This document shows positions 24,701 to 38,099 of a stretch of DNA of 64,000 nt, in pieces. A model generated the notes under the pieces. It saw nothing but the letters and a program-made list of their open reading frames with translations, had not been told where the DNA came from and searched no databases. Within the stretch, counting starts at the first letter, position 1, and each line of letters begins with the position of its first letter. The position numbers and the translations under genes are program-made. The stretch comes from Monocercomonoides exilis PA203 (Eukaryota > Protista > Preaxostyla): the NCBI GenBank assembly GCA_001643675.2, contig LSRY02000042.1, forward strand, positions 744,001-808,000, read 5' to 3'.

Positions 24701-25750
24701 AGCTCTCCATTCACTGCCTCTGCCTTCTCGTTCTGCTGCTCCCTCTCATACTCCCTCTCCCCCAGATGGTACGGGTCAAGCACTTTCCTCCAGTCGCTGT
24801 GCTTGATGGCTGCATCCAGCAGAAGCAGATAGCGCGGAATACGCTGGCACGGACGCATCAGCAGAGACTCCAGGGAAGAGTCACTGAATCGGCTGGGAAG
24901 CATCGTCATGTCGTTCAGCGCCTCCTCGTCGATCAGAAAGTCCAGACCTTCTTTCCTTCGCTCATCGCGCTCTGCACGCATCTTTTGCACATAACGTTGA
25001 GACTCTTCTTCCAACGTTTCGTCCATCTTTCGGCAGCATTCATCGTGAAATTTTCGAAAGGTTTTGTTGGAGGCATACACCTTTCGCAAAAGAGACGAAC
25101 CCTTTTCATGATCTTGATTGTATATCACATATGGCTTAAACATTGCAGCCTGAAATTATAAGTCATGATTTATAATTCAAAACAAAATTAAAATTCATAA
25201 TATCAAAAATGAAAAAAAAGTTAAATTGGCAAACATGTTTGCAAAATATATCTCCAATCAACGAATGTGGATGCCATCCTTGTGACTTTAATTTAGGTTC
25301 ACGCATCCATTGAGGATTTTGCATTCGTATAGATTTCCAATCAAAATTTTTTAACCTCAATTCCAGATCATGCAAAAATAATTCATTAACTTGAATCAGT
25401 GATGGAAGATTATTGAAAATAGTTTTTATGTCAGATTCACTCAACGGAAATTTGCTTTCTTTTGCCTTTTCCATCATTGGATTGTAAAAAAACTGGAACA
25501 AAGAAAAAAATATCAGAAACGAAAAAAAGAAATAAATCTATAATAATAAAACTTCATAATACAATGAGTGTAAGCAAACTTCAATAGCATATTTCATTGC
25601 CCTCACATAATCTCTTTCCGTTTGATAAATTTCGAGGCAAGCATTATCTCGATTTTTGACGATTTTCTTTAATTTTTTGATCCTTCTGCGTTGAATAAAT
25701 CCTCTTATCACGCTTTGTATACGTGTTGCAGCCTTATTTTTATCGTTCAT
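18991..25750 (-). CDS. multi-exon IQ-motif + DH (RhoGEF) + PH domain protein with a very long Ser/Pro-rich tail
   Basis: IQ motif AATRIQSVIRGFIQRRR. DH hallmarks RDNACLEIYQTERDYV, IKTIFNNL, IGDIF, FKPYVIY and LESLLMRPCQRIPRYLLLL. PH-like end YLFAFQEGAVLKQWFEKLNE. Joins ORFs 25538-25834, 25163-25501, 24325-25143, 22445-24052 and 18991-22509 across AT-rich introns. Confidence 0.88.
24337..24424. repeat. (AAAGAG)n/(AAAAG)n microsatellite inside a RhoGEF intron
   Basis: Directly visible. Confidence 0.9.
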
Positions 25751-26303
25751 ATGCCCTCTATTGCTTTCAAAAAGCAGAAGAAAAAGAAAAAACAAGGTTA
25801 TAGAATGGGTTATTGATTGATCAAATGAATTCATTCGAAAATTGAAAATACTAGGAAAATTTCACTTTGAAGACTTAATTTTAAAAATTAAAAAAGATTA
25901 TCACATATTTTTTTATAAACGAAATGATTAGAACGAACATTTCTCATTTTTTGATTGTGAATGTTTTCTTTTCAATTGAAGGATGCTTTTGAGAACATTT
26001 TGTGAAAAAAAAATTATATCAATAAAAATAGCTAACACTTATATTTTTTCAGTTTTTTTTTACAAAAGTTTGTGTTCCGATTTGCACAAGCATTTTGATA
26101 CAGAAATATTTCTCATGAAATCAAATAGAAAAAAAAAGAAATAATAATAATGAGTGAAATTTTGAAATTAAAAATTTTTGAGTTCTTCAAAAATTTATTA
26201 TTATGTATATTTCAAACAGTTCGAGAATTAATATCTTTTCAAATATCATGGATCAAAAATGATCTATATATAATAAGAACATATTTTTATAAATCATTTT
26301 GTA

Positions 26304-28003
26304 ATGAGTCAATCACGTGTAATTACTAGATTTAGAGAAAAGGTCCAATATTTAGCTCTTCCTATAGAGATGGGAATCGAACAATATATCGAATTTTGGA
26401 AGAGAATGGGGGAAGAACAAATTGTTACTCCAATCCTTTCCCTTCTTTTCGTAAAATCATGTGGCTTGAACGAAAATCAAAAAGAGGATTTTTTAGATAA
26501 TTCACCAAATAAAAAGAAGGGACCAATACGTGAAGAACTTGAAGGTTTTGCGAATATATTTTTAATAAAAATTTCACATTTTATCACTTTCTATTCATGA
26601 AAATTAAAGCCAACCAAATATCTGCTCTCTTAAATACAGCAATATATATTTTAATGCGTTTTAAGTATAATCCGCTTGAAAGCAAACTTGCAAAAAGCGT
26701 TGAAGTGTGGACGCAATGCCTTGGAACTGGAAGTGCTTTGGCCGCAGCAAATCATGATTTGTTAAGTCTAGTATGACGCTTTAATATTGAGCAATGCTTG
26801 ATGAAAATTCAATTGCCTTTCCTAGCAAACTCGCTTTATTAAAACAGATATTGAAAAAAGAGAAACCTTAATGATTCCAATTGTAAATTTTATTCTCTCT
26901 CTTCCATATGTTCAAGCAAATTCAACACCATTTTCATTGTCTTTTCCAGCAGCAACGACTCAAAATCCATGTTTGAAAACATGCTAAAGAATTTTTTGTT
27001 CGACATTATTCAATTTATTTTTGAAACTTATTTCATTTGACAGATTTCCAGTTGCTTGTTCATCTGCATCTGTTTGATTCATGCGACACTGGTGGCTTTT
27101 GGGACAGTGGATGGAAGCAACAAGCAGTTGAACCACAAACAGGCACAAAAGAAGCCAACGATCAGAAGCCCAAAGCATTAGCAGCAGAAGAAGGCAGTTC
27201 CTATCTGTTAATTTCGAGTCGTCCTTGTTTGTATTCCTCGCCTTATTACAGCCAGCCTTCTGAACAGCTTTCCAAAAGAGAGTATTTTGATGTCAATTGT
27301 GGGTGGAGACAGCTGGAGGGAGGTAACAACAACGGACACAGCAGTGTCAGAAGCGGATTTTTGGGTTCTTCTTCAAATTCTCCTCTTTCTGAGAAGGATT
27401 CATCAGACAAAACAGCATCATCTGATACCAACGAAGGAGCGCCGATGCCTGATTTTGTGTCATTTGTTGAATGGTCAAATGAAAAGAGACTGCAAATGGG
27501 ACTATCAGCATCAAGAGCACTTTCTGTCCATTCATCAGAATCATCCCCTTCTCCTTCTCCTTCTCCTTCATCCTCCTCCTCCTCCTCTTCCTCCTCATCC
27601 ACTCCACTCATACTCCCCCTCACCCCCTCCATTGCCCTGCAGAAGTCTCGCTTCTCCTTCTCTCTTCTTCGCTATCTCTGCGATCTCCTCTCTCTCCCTG
27701 ATGCCTCTGAGCCAGCACGTCTTCAGCCCATCTGCCTTCTCATGCGCCATCTTCTGTCTGAATGCCCGCTCTATCCACTCGACGAAGACATCCTCTCTCT
27801 CAACGAAGGAGACGAGGGTGCCATTCATTGCTCATCAAAGATGATGGACGAGGCATCTGCTCTTTACAAGTCTCTCACTCTCTCTCTGCGCCCTTTCACC
27901 CTCCTTCCTCATCCTCTTTGCTCTCTCTCTACCAATCTGCTCCCTCTCATCGCTGTCGAAAGAGCGCTTCCTGGTTTGTTTCATTCAATTATTCATTCAT
28001 TCA

Positions 28004-28075
<72 letters not shown>

Positions 28076-31000
28076 ATTTAAACTGAATATGTATATTGTT
28101 ATAATTTTTATAATGCAATGATGGATATTAATATTCTAATTAGGTTCCACTCATCTTGCATACACCTTCAACCGCATCAAGACGAAGAATGCTTTTCTTC
28201 CAGTCCCTCTCCTCTCCTCTCCCTCTGCCCTGTCCAATCCCTCTGGACAGTATCTCCTGATGAATGGAATCTTCTCCTCTCCTCCTCCCCCTCAAAATGT
28301 CGCTGCCTCTTTTCTGGCTGAGTGTGTGAGGAATTACGTGCCTCGTGCGTGTCTGATGAGCAACAGGGATTTTGATGCAGCTGATGGAAAGAAGGAGGAG
28401 AAAGGGAAAGAGAATAACCAATCACCTTCATCATCATCATCATCATCATCATCTTCTTCTTCTTCTTCTATCTCATCGAAATTATCTTCTCTTTTGTCTG
28501 AGTCTTCGTTGTGTCACATTGCCAGCTGTGCTCTTTCTCTTCCTTCTCATCTGCTCATCCCACTTGCAGAAGAAGCTGTGTCTCTTCTGACATCTCCTCT
28601 TGTCAGACTGGAGAAGAAGAAGAAGAACAACGAAAGTGCTAGCAATACTGCCTCTCATCTCACCACTTCTCAACATAATGAAACTAATCAACCTTCTTCT
28701 TCCTCTTCTTCTCCTTCTCCTTCTTCTTCTTCCTCTTCTTCTCCATCATCATCTTCTCCATCATCATCATCTCCTTCTCCTTCTTCTTCTCCATCTTCCT
28801 CATCAAAGACAACATATGAATGGGTCCCTGTGAGCGAAGACTGCTTTTTGAGGAGACGGGAGAAGCTTCTTTTGTGGCTGGAGAAAGTGAGGAAGGAAGG
28901 AGAAAAGAACTATTCGCACTGGATGAAGGAGAAAGCAGACAATGGAAATAACACAGAAACATCATCATCTCCTTCTCCTTCTTCTTCTCCTTCTCCTTCT
29001 TCTTCTCCTTCTCCTTCTTCTTCTCCTTCTTCTTCTTCTTCAAGTGATTCTTCTTCATTGAGTGAGTCTTCTCTTCCTCGCAAATACCATCCCACTTCTC
29101 TCTTCCGCAGCACCATCTGCCCTTTCCTTGTTGACAGAGACGAGCACAAGCTGATTGTGTCCGTTCTTCTTCGTCTTCTCTCCTCTGCCTCTGCCCATCC
29201 AAATGAGCTCTTCATTCACTTAGATGAAACAGAAGAGGACAGAAAGGAAGAGAAGAGTGATTCTGCTGATAGCTCTGAGAAGTTATCTCCTGCATCTCCA
29301 CAAGCATTGCTACCATTCGGAAATTCGTTATCATCCTCTTCTTCTTCATCCTCATCCTCCTCTTCCTTCTCCTCCACCTCTTCCTCTGTCTTCTCACCCT
29401 CTCCTCTGCGTGTCCTTCTTTACGGAGGCAATCTCGAGCTCCATAAACTGGCCAATGCGATGTTCTCTCTCTACTCCTTCACAGCTGTTGCCTCTCCTCA
29501 CGCCAAGCGCCATCTCCTCCGCCTTCTGCAGCACAACTCCTTCCTCTTCTATCTCCTCCCTTCCTCACCTTCCAACCGCCTTGCCCGCTTCCTCTCCTCC
29601 ACTGACCCCTGGTACCGCCACTTCGTCTTCTACCCGTTTGCTTCCTCTCAGCTGCTTTCTCTTCCTTCTCTGCGTGTGTCTCCACCTGACATCCCCCGCA
29701 GCTCACTGGCAAAGCTGAGAGAGAACGAGACAGCAGGGAGTGGGGTTGGAGTGTCACTGATGGAGATGCTGCTGAGGGAGAAGGAGAAAGAGAGGGAGAA
29801 GGAGAAAGAAGGGAGAAAGATGGAAAGGGCAGAAGAGAGGAGAACATCATCACTGTCTGCTGCGTCTGCCAAGACCACCTCGATTGGGGGTGGAAGTGTG
29901 GGCGAAGGAGGCATCAAAGAGAAGGAAAAAGAGAAGGAGAATGAAGGAGAAGAGAAAGGGATTAAGATAAAGAAAGGGCAGCTGGCATCGATGGCAGAGG
30001 AAGACGAGGGATTTGATTTGGGTGAAGATGACGATGATGACGATATTGGGGAAGAAGGCGTGACAGCTGGACAGCAGAGCAAATTGAATACTCCAAATGT
30101 ACTGAATGCATCATCATCTTCTTCTCCATCGTCTTCTCGTGCTGCTTCCAGGAGTGCCTCAACAGCCTCTTCGCAGTCGTCATCCCGAGTGAACACACCC
30201 AGACTGAGTGAGTCAGATGGAATGGGCTCAGACTCTGCACGCAACAGCAGCGTCGGTGCGAGCATAGACGAGGCACATCCAAACATTTCTGCGCTGAATC
30301 CTTCTCTTTCTGCGCAGAGTGCGTTGAAGCTGCCATCTTCTTTCTCTTCTTTGGAGGAGAATGAGGAGAAGGAGGCTGTTGTGTCTGAGACAAACACCTG
30401 CTTTTCTGTGCAATGCACAACAGACGACGAGAAGAGGCTCTCAAAAAGCGGGCTTGAAAGAACAGACCCGTCTGAAATGAAAGGAAAGATGACGTTCCTC
30501 TCTCCTCTCTCAAAACACTCCTTGACAGATTCATCATCGTCATCATCACCTTCTTCTTCTTCTGCTGCTGCTATTTCGTCTGATGAGGGTGTTTCAGAAG
30601 CATCAAGCTCAGAAAAGCACAATGAAACGTCTCTGTCTTCCTCATCTCCTCTTCCTCCACTTTCATCCACCCTTCCTCTCCCACTTGCCACCTGCCTCTC
30701 TCGTTATCTCTCTCAGATCACTCTCAACAGCCATCCTCTCTCAGCATCTGATTTCCCCCTCTCCTCTCCTCTCTTCACAGTCGACAGGGCTGCCCAGTTC
30801 TACCTCAGCCACTCCCACCACACCCTCTCCTTCCCCATCTGGATATGCGAATATTGGACAGTCGACAATCCCCTCCTCCCTCACACCTCTCTCCTCCTCT
30901 CTCCATCTCAGAGGTCTCGAGGCAACTCTGCCAATTCTGCCTCTTCTCCTTCCCCTTTGTCTGCTTCCACATCAACATCAACATCAATATCATCATCATC

Positions 31001-32302
31001 ATCTTCTTCTTCTTCCTTGTCTGTCTCTACCACGTCAACCATATCATCAGGTTCTCTTTCTCCAAAGGCTGCCTCATCTGTACCAACACAGCAGACACCC
31101 TTCGCATCAAAGCCACCTCCAGTCGGAGCACTTCAGATGGGAAAGAGAGAGCCAATGAAGATGTCAACAGCATCTTCCTCTTCTTCTTCTCCCTCATCAT
31201 CCCCTTCTCCTTCTTCCCCCTCTTCTCCTTTATCTCCTCATTCTTCCTCTTCCTCTTTGGTGTCTGCCTTTGGGGGTGCCTCGTCTGTATCTACCGCATT
31301 TGAGCTGCTGCCGACGTCTTCTCACAAACACACCTGTGCCTTCTGTATGAATCTTGTTGTTGGCTGCCAGCTGGCGAGGAAGACAGGCACAGAAGGCGAG
31401 TGGGAAGGGAGCGACGAGAGGGACAGATCGAAGGAGAAAGAGAGGGAGAAAGAGAGAGAGAAGGAATCGATGTGGCTCGATAGATATCAGCCTCAGACGT
31501 TGAGACTGAAGTATTTGAAGGTTTGGCTCTTTCATTTTTGTTTTGATATGCCATTATTCATTCTGAAATCTTTCTTTCTTTTTTTGTTTTATTTTTTCTT
31601 CTTCTCCTTTCTTCTCCCCATTTCTTCATCCTCCTTCGCCCACTTCCTCTTGTCCAGACGCAGCAGAACGGGGCAGTGTCCACCGGGTGTTCTGAGCGTG
31701 TCATCCGCTGCTTCCATCTCTCTGCCTCGTCTGTCCCCTCTGCAGGAGACGTCGGCTTTTCTGCCTCTCCCTCTGAGCGGGTGCTCGAACTGGCATACAC
31801 AGAAAGCGCCACCCAGCAGAAGGCTGCCCAGGCTGTGTCTGAAAGCATCGCACTCCTCGAAATCACATCGGTGCCTGCTGACAAGGGAAGTTTGTGCTTT
31901 GAGAGAGACAATAAAATGAAGAAATATGAAAAAGATAAGGATAAAGAAAAGAAAAGAAAAGAAAATTAATGAATGATTTTTGTTTATTTTGAAATTTTTG
32001 TGTTTTTGATTTTGTTGTAACATTTGAATTCATTCCATATTTGTGTTGCACTTGCTTTATAATCCAACTTATCAGTGAGCACTCAGTCTCAGTTTAATGG
32101 AGCCAACAATGCACTTTTATCATCATCATCATCATCTTCTTCTTCTGCGGGATGGCAAAGAGGAATGCAGCCATTCAGCTTTTCACTTGATGGCCAGCGC
32201 TATCCGCCGTGCTTCAAGCTGAGGGTGAGGCTTCTGCAGCCAACGCACACTGGCCTTAATGCAGACATTAACATTGCAACGTTCTTTCCAACACACGTTT
32301 AG
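26304..32302 (+). CDS. multi-exon protein resembling class IB PI3K regulatory subunits p101/p87 (PIK3R5/PIK3R6 family), heavily padded with Ser-rich inserts
   Basis: Collinear motifs LRVLLYGG, FLFYLLP, NRLARFLSSTDPWYR, AAQFY....TLSFPIWICE, AFCMNLVVG, PFSFSLDG and INIATF match recalled p101 motifs LRVVVFGS, LQFFYVP, NDISHYLGMLDPWYE, LLYY....PVLLQVYQTE, IFIHSLELG, PFAVCLD and LPIMTF. Confidence 0.6.
28007..28071. repeat. (CT)n microsatellite in an intron
   Basis: Directly visible CT dinucleotide run. Confidence 0.95.
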
Positions 32303-32753
32303 AGAATGTATGAAATCTGTTTAGTGGGCAATCTGACAATAATGATGGTACAGGAAGCTGAAAATGAATGAGAAAGAGATCTTTGAGGTGATGTAACTTC
32401 GTGAGATGAATCAAATATTTAAATTGCATTTACGTTTTATTGCATATACTCGAGATTCTTTCTTTGCTGTTATGACATTTCAAGTTTATTTTTTTGTTTT
32501 TTAATTTTAACTTTTCATTTGAAATTTTCTGTACAAGTAATTTTTCGCACAGTTTCCCAGAATTTTATACAAAATTTGTTATCCAGTGCTTAACATGAAA
32601 ATTCATTTTTAACAATCAACAAGTTCAGAAATGAAACAAATTGCATAACTGGAATAACCTTGGATGACGGGGAAAAAATAAAAAGCAATAAGACAAAATT
32701 ATTTTTTTGATTTATTGTCCTTTGTCTTTGATTGTCAGTGATAAATATTTGTC

Positions 32754-32940
32754 GATATGGGACAGTATTTTTTAATTTATAAAAAATCGATGATTTGTTC
32801 CGTATTGTTTCTGAAATCGTAGAATTACAATTCAGACATTATAGTGATATATTGAATATAGAAATATAAAAAATCAAGAAAAATCTTTGAAAGAACTGTG
32901 TGGAACAAAATTCATAAAGCGAAAAATTTCGTCCCATATC
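32754..32940 (-). mobile_element. ~186-bp MITE-like element, family B, copy 1
   Basis: Terminal inverted repeats GATATGGGAC...GTCCCATATC. Its right end reverse-complemented (ATGGGACGAAATTTTTCGCTTTATGAATTTTGTTCCA) matches 53769 onward (TTGGGGCAAAATTTTTTGCTTTATGAATTTTGTTCCA). Confidence 0.65.
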
Positions 32941-34739
32941 CCTTCGGAAATGAGATATCTTTATGAAAGAAGAACAAAAGTTTTTTTATTATGAATTTTT
33001 AAATTACTACAAAGGTTCGATGTGACAAATTGAATTTCTGATTTTCTCAGAAAAATAAAACTTTGTTTTTTCCCAACTGATTAATATGTTTTGATGGATC
33101 ATTCTTTTCGAAAAGTCGCAATTAAACATGTGTTCCTTTGTGACTATTGACAAACAAAATTTGTTTCCTGATATACCGAGAATTAATGTTCACGTCAGAA
33201 CCTCAATTATAAGAACAAATAATTGCATATGCAAATATTATTAAATATTTATTCAAATAAGCGAAGAATGAAAATGCATTTTTAAAAAAAGGATATAGAT
33301 AAAAAATCATATTTGAAATGAATTGATCATCGGACCGTCAGTGAAGTTAGTGAAGTCAGTGACTGTTAATGGAGTCAGCATTCTGCAGGGAAGTAATTTT
33401 CAATTAATTCGTGAAAAAAGGAAAAGTTGGAAAAATAGAATAAAATGAATATATAAATAAAATTTGATATGTGCAACGAAAATCCCAAAAATCAGAGAAA
33501 ATAAATTTTTTATTTTTTTAAATACCAATACTGACGTGGATTTTTGATTCCTGACGGACGTGGCAAAGAATTTTTAATCTGTAACACATGTTTAGTCGCA
33601 ATCGTTAAACATTTGGATTAAATAAAACAAATCATTATTTGATTGTCTATTACAATTATTTTAACAAATGTCTCCTTTGAGAAAATTTTTCTCTCATTTC
33701 ATGTGTCTTTTGCTCACATTCGCAAAATGGAAAAATCTGATGGATTTATTACAAAAGAAACTAAAAATAATTTGTCTCATTTCTCTCAAATATCAATCAA
33801 AAGTAAATTTAATAAAAGAATGATCCAAATCAAACTTTTTTTAATGAAAAATATCATACATTTTTTCTGTTTAAAAAATTAAAAATTTCTATGAAAAATT
33901 CCTTATGTTTTATTTTCAAATAAAATAAAAATTTCATATTTTAATTAAATTTCTTTTTCCATTTACGAAACGAAACAAAAATGGAATTAATAACATTGTC
34001 AAGATTTTGTTTTCATGATCACAACAAATGGTGAGTGAGAACGGAAATTTGATCGAAATATGAACTTTTTATATTATTGAAAAATTACACAAAAGGAATT
34101 TTTAAAAAAAAATGTTGACATTTGTTTCTTTAAGATTTTTTTATCTGTTTTTATTGAAAAAAGCAAATTTCGAGAAGATTTTGTGTAAATAGTTGGAATG
34201 ATTTAAAAATTTTTGAAACTGAAAATTTAGTGAGAAAATAAGATCGAAGATATCACATCTCGTAATGATGATTAGGATAATTTGGTTAAAGACAGAATTT
34301 TTTAAAGCAATGAAACTGATAGTGATTGTTTGTGTGCTGGTGATGGTTCTTCTATTTTAATTGATAAAGCAAAAAATATGATATAATAATTACGTTATTT
34401 TTTTATATGGTTGATTATTTTTGTAATCATAACTTTTTTCGGGGTTTCGAATTTTTAATTTTCGTTTATCAATGAAATGAATATTATCATTCCAGTATTT
34501 TAGAAATTGCAATTGTTTAAAAAGTCACATGTTTTTAATTCATTAATGAGATTTTTTTTTGAAGACGGTGTTATCACTTTTATATGTTCACTGACCAACA
34601 TGCAAAACTAATTTTCTAACCAAATATTTTTACAGAAAAAATATGATTTCAAAAAGGTTAGTCAGATCAAAAGTCAAACAGATTTTCCACTCATTTTGAA
34701 CAACATATTATCATTTTCAGATCAAAACATGAAAGAAAA

Positions 34740-35174
34740 CAGACAAAATCGGATATTATCACATCGGTTTTTGCACAAATTTATATGCGATGACATCCGA
34801 TTGTGATGATATCTGATGCTGCTGAACACAGAAAAAATAGAAAAATAAATTAACAAATTAATTAATTTTGGGTAAATTTTTAATTTTTGAAGATTCTTCA
34901 TAAAGACGCATTTTTCACTTGCGAAATTAGTTTTTTCATAAATAAACATTATTTAGACTTATTTGAACACACTTTTGAAAAAGCGTAAAATTGATATTTT
35001 TGACCAAAAAATTGATTTTTCATTGAAATAATCACACATAATAATAAAAAATGTGATTATATATTTTCATCCCTGTGATTATATGGAATGGAAAATGAAT
35101 GAAAAAAAGGAAGAATTGCTTTTGCATACAATAATGTGACTATAAATGAATGTGACAAAATCCGGTTTTGACTG
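34740..35174 (+). mobile_element. diverged copy of Tc1/mariner(pogo)-type MITE, family A
   Basis: Collinear with 48224-48671 along its whole length (CGGATAT.ATCACATCGGTTTTTGCACA, ATCCGATTGTGAT, TTTCACTTGCG, GGAAAATGAATGAAAAA, ATCCGG.TTTGACTG). The flanking TA dinucleotides have decayed. Confidence 0.75.
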
Positions 35175-35489
35175 CAGTTCAATTCAGTTGCTTTTTCTGT
35201 AAAAAACAGTTGTTCCCATTGAATTACACTTTTTTGAAACAAATTAATGAACGTTTAAATGAAAATAAATACAACATTTTTGTGAGACAAAAACAAAAAT
35301 GAGAGCTTACCGTCCAATCGCTCAACTGATCGAAATGTTTGAAATTATCAGTCTTTTGCAAAGGCTGTGGATGCTGCTACAATTCTTGTTGATAATCCGT
35401 TAAAAAAAATCGTTTTTTCTGAGTTTCATATTTCATATTTTTATGATGATGTTTCAATGATTAAGATGTTATTTCGATCTTTTTGAAGA

Positions 35490-36804
35490 AATGAGAGAAC
35501 AAGAAAAAAGAAGGTTCAAGAAATTTTAATTCAAGAACTAATCAATAAAGCATTTAAAATCTTGAAAAAAAATGAAAACATGAGTTGCAAAAGTCTCATT
35601 ATGAATGCCATTGTTAATGCCTTTTCATTCACACAGTACAGACTTTTTAAGTTGGAAAGAGTGGATATGGACAAAATGGTTTCGAACAAGATAGTTTCTG
35701 CCTGGGCACGATGTTTTTTGATATTATCAACATGAGCAGATATTTCTTTTGACTATCTGACACATTCTTTTTTGATTTTCACTTTTGGAAAAATTCAAGT
35801 TAAGAGGAAAGAAAATTAGAGAAGAACACTGGAATGATAGATGTTTTTGAAAGACTTTCATTTATCAGCTTCTCAACGTGGAAAGAATAAAATGATAAGC
35901 CACAGAGACTTTGAAGGAAGGAGGAATTATGAATCAGTTTTCCACAAAATCCATTAAGTCTGTTCCATCCTTGAACTTATCCATATCTGGAATATCATTT
36001 TCCAAGACTGCAATAACTACAAAGCTTCTCTTGACAACAAACATTTTTGTCAAACAGAATGAGAAGGTATTTTTTGAAATAACAATTTCAACATATTGTT
36101 AATATCAACGATTACAGCAACCTGTGAAAAGTCAGATAGCAGTCAGATCAGAGAAGAAATAAGAATGAATCAAGACTGTTCGGTTTTAGCCCAACATGAA
36201 GATGATATTGTTAATGAATCAGAATTGGAGAAGATCTCATCAAATATTAAACATGTGGGGGAAAATATGGACTTTCAAGTTTTTTATGCAAAAAGCATGA
36301 AAAAATTGTTTCATCAATAACATTTTTTAACTTAACCAGATTTCAAAATAAATTTGATTTTCACATTTGTAAACAAACATCATTGATGCAGCAACATTAT
36401 GTTTTGCAACCTCACTTGCAATTCTAAAAATGAAACCATTATTTTCATTTTCTTTAAATCACAAAAAGTTCACTAAGATGCATAATTTTACAATGAAAAT
36501 ACCTGAAGTCAAATATTTTGTCACATTGTGACAAACTTAGGATGGAGAAATGAAAAAGAGAAGAATTCAACTCTTCCACAAGTGAAGATTGAGCAGTCAA
36601 ATGATGAAAAGGACATGCAGAAGACAAGAGAAGAACAATTCGAAATTTGAGCAAAAAAACAAGCCAAAATAAGGAAGAAATTGAAACATCAAGAAAGGCA
36701 CAGAATGTGGTTGTTGCAAAACTTTCACTAAAACGAAATTGCTTCTCACAAATAATTGAAGAATTAGAAAAAATCCTTTCTTTTTTAAATCGAATGAAAA
36801 AACT
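35490..36804 (+). pseudogene. decayed coding-like fragments ending at the 363-bp repeat boundary
   Basis: Short same-strand ORFs (35911, 36096, 36647) with coding-like composition, broken by stops and frameshifts. No domain recognised. Confidence 0.3.
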
Positions 36805-37167
36805 ATTTTTTCATCGTGATGATTTTAATTATCTGAACCATTTTTTTTTATTGGAGTTTCTCACTAAATAAAAACAAAAAATAGAAAATGCATATTGCAT
36901 AAGGTTTGAATAATTATTTAATGTTCATACAAAAATTTTTTCTTGTCAATTTTTGTAATTGATGAAGGTCTTGGGAATTTTTAATTTATTTTTGATCATT
37001 TGTTTTGTCCATTTTGGACTATCTTTCTTTCTTTGTATATTTTTAACTATAAGGTTATGAAACACACACAATGAAGTTTTATAATTGCAAATGTTATTTG
37101 TTTTTAACTATTTTTTCGATTGTTTTTCGCATTTCATTGTTTTTATCAAAAATTTTGAAAAACTGAA
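36805..37167 (+). repeat. 363-bp inverted repeat, left arm (pairs with 61819-62181)
   Basis: ATTTTTTCATCGTGATG...TTTGAAAAACTGAA is the reverse complement of 61819-62181. No mismatch seen by eye. Confidence 0.95.
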
Positions 37168-37292
37168 GTTATCTGGATTTTTATATGACTTTAAGATTTC
37201 AAATATTAATCAATTTGATAATAAGATAAAAACACATCGCAATTTTTATTTATAAGATTTTTTATTGAATCAAAAATGAAATGTGCAAATAA

Positions 37293-37487
37293 GGGTGTTT
37301 TTTTTCACATCATAAAAAAGATCAAAAATCGAAAAAATAAAATCTATTATGGTATTCATTGATCAAAGAGATAAATTGATTTATAACAGTATTTAGCTTT
37401 TATATCTGTCATATATAGTTGTAAAATTTATAAGAACAAAAAGACATACCTTTTTTATGCTTCAGGTCAAAAAGTCTTTTTTGATCA
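37293..37487 (-). repeat. diverged AT-rich dispersed repeat, family C (inverted relative to 47708-47906 and 61279-61310)
   Basis: The reverse complement aligns with 47708-47906 (CATAAAAAA.GGTATGT.TTTTTGTTCTTAT.AATTTTACAA, ATAAAAGCTAAATACT, TAGATTTTATTTTT, CACCC). Confidence 0.75.
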
Positions 37488-37744
37488 AGTTTCAAAAAAA
37501 ATGAAAAATCTATCTTTAAAAGGTCAACAGAAATATCTAAACTGGAAAAACAAAATATTGCTTAAAAAATTAAAAAGAAGAACAGAAAAGAAGATAAGAA
37601 AACAAAATTATAGAAAAAAATTGATCAAAATCAGTTAATTTTCTTTTTTATTCTTTTCTTTGAATTGCCAACAAATCTCCATTCCTTTAATTAGGTTCAA
37701 TTGCTTCATCAACCGTTCAACGAAATCGTGGATAATTAGAAAAG

Positions 37745-37980
37745 TTGAGTTCAATGGCTTGCTCCCCCTCATCGACCAGAATAAAGTCGTTGCCAACAAT
37801 GGAAACAATACAGATGCCTGTTGCAGGCCCCAACAGACCCCATGTGCCACCATCGAGTATGCCCTCACCGGCTTCATTTCCCTCCTCCAAGATGCCTCCC
37901 TCACCCTCCTCACCTCAATATTTGTTCCTTCTCAAACACTAACTTTCGAAGTGGTTGACACAAAAATCACTTTGGCAATG
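37745..37980 (+). pseudogene. isolated fragment of a Cys-motif repeat protein (G.N...C......PC.TI.YAL)
   Basis: GC-richer island encoding NGNNTDACCRPQQTPCATIEYALTGF, a motif recalled from multicopy predicted surface proteins of preaxostylans. No flanking exons evident. Confidence 0.35.
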
Positions 37981-38099
37981 ATGAATTTTTTCAGGTTCTC
38001 ATATAAATTCTTTCATTTTCCATATCATAGAAAAATTCATAAGCAATCATAGCTTTTTCAATTGGAGTATATATCATCATTATTTTTTTCAGAAATCCA

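Noticed and set aside
18939-31500. Many overlapping Leu/Arg/Glu/Phe-rich ORFs in alternative frames and on the antisense strand
   Set aside because: Shadow ORFs produced by stop-poor TCT/GAA microsatellite-like codons of the real genes.
33335-33557. CCGTCAG...CTGACGG inverted 7-mers with AGTGAAGT repeats as a possible MITE
   Set aside because: The arms are too short, and there is no TSD or second copy in the window.
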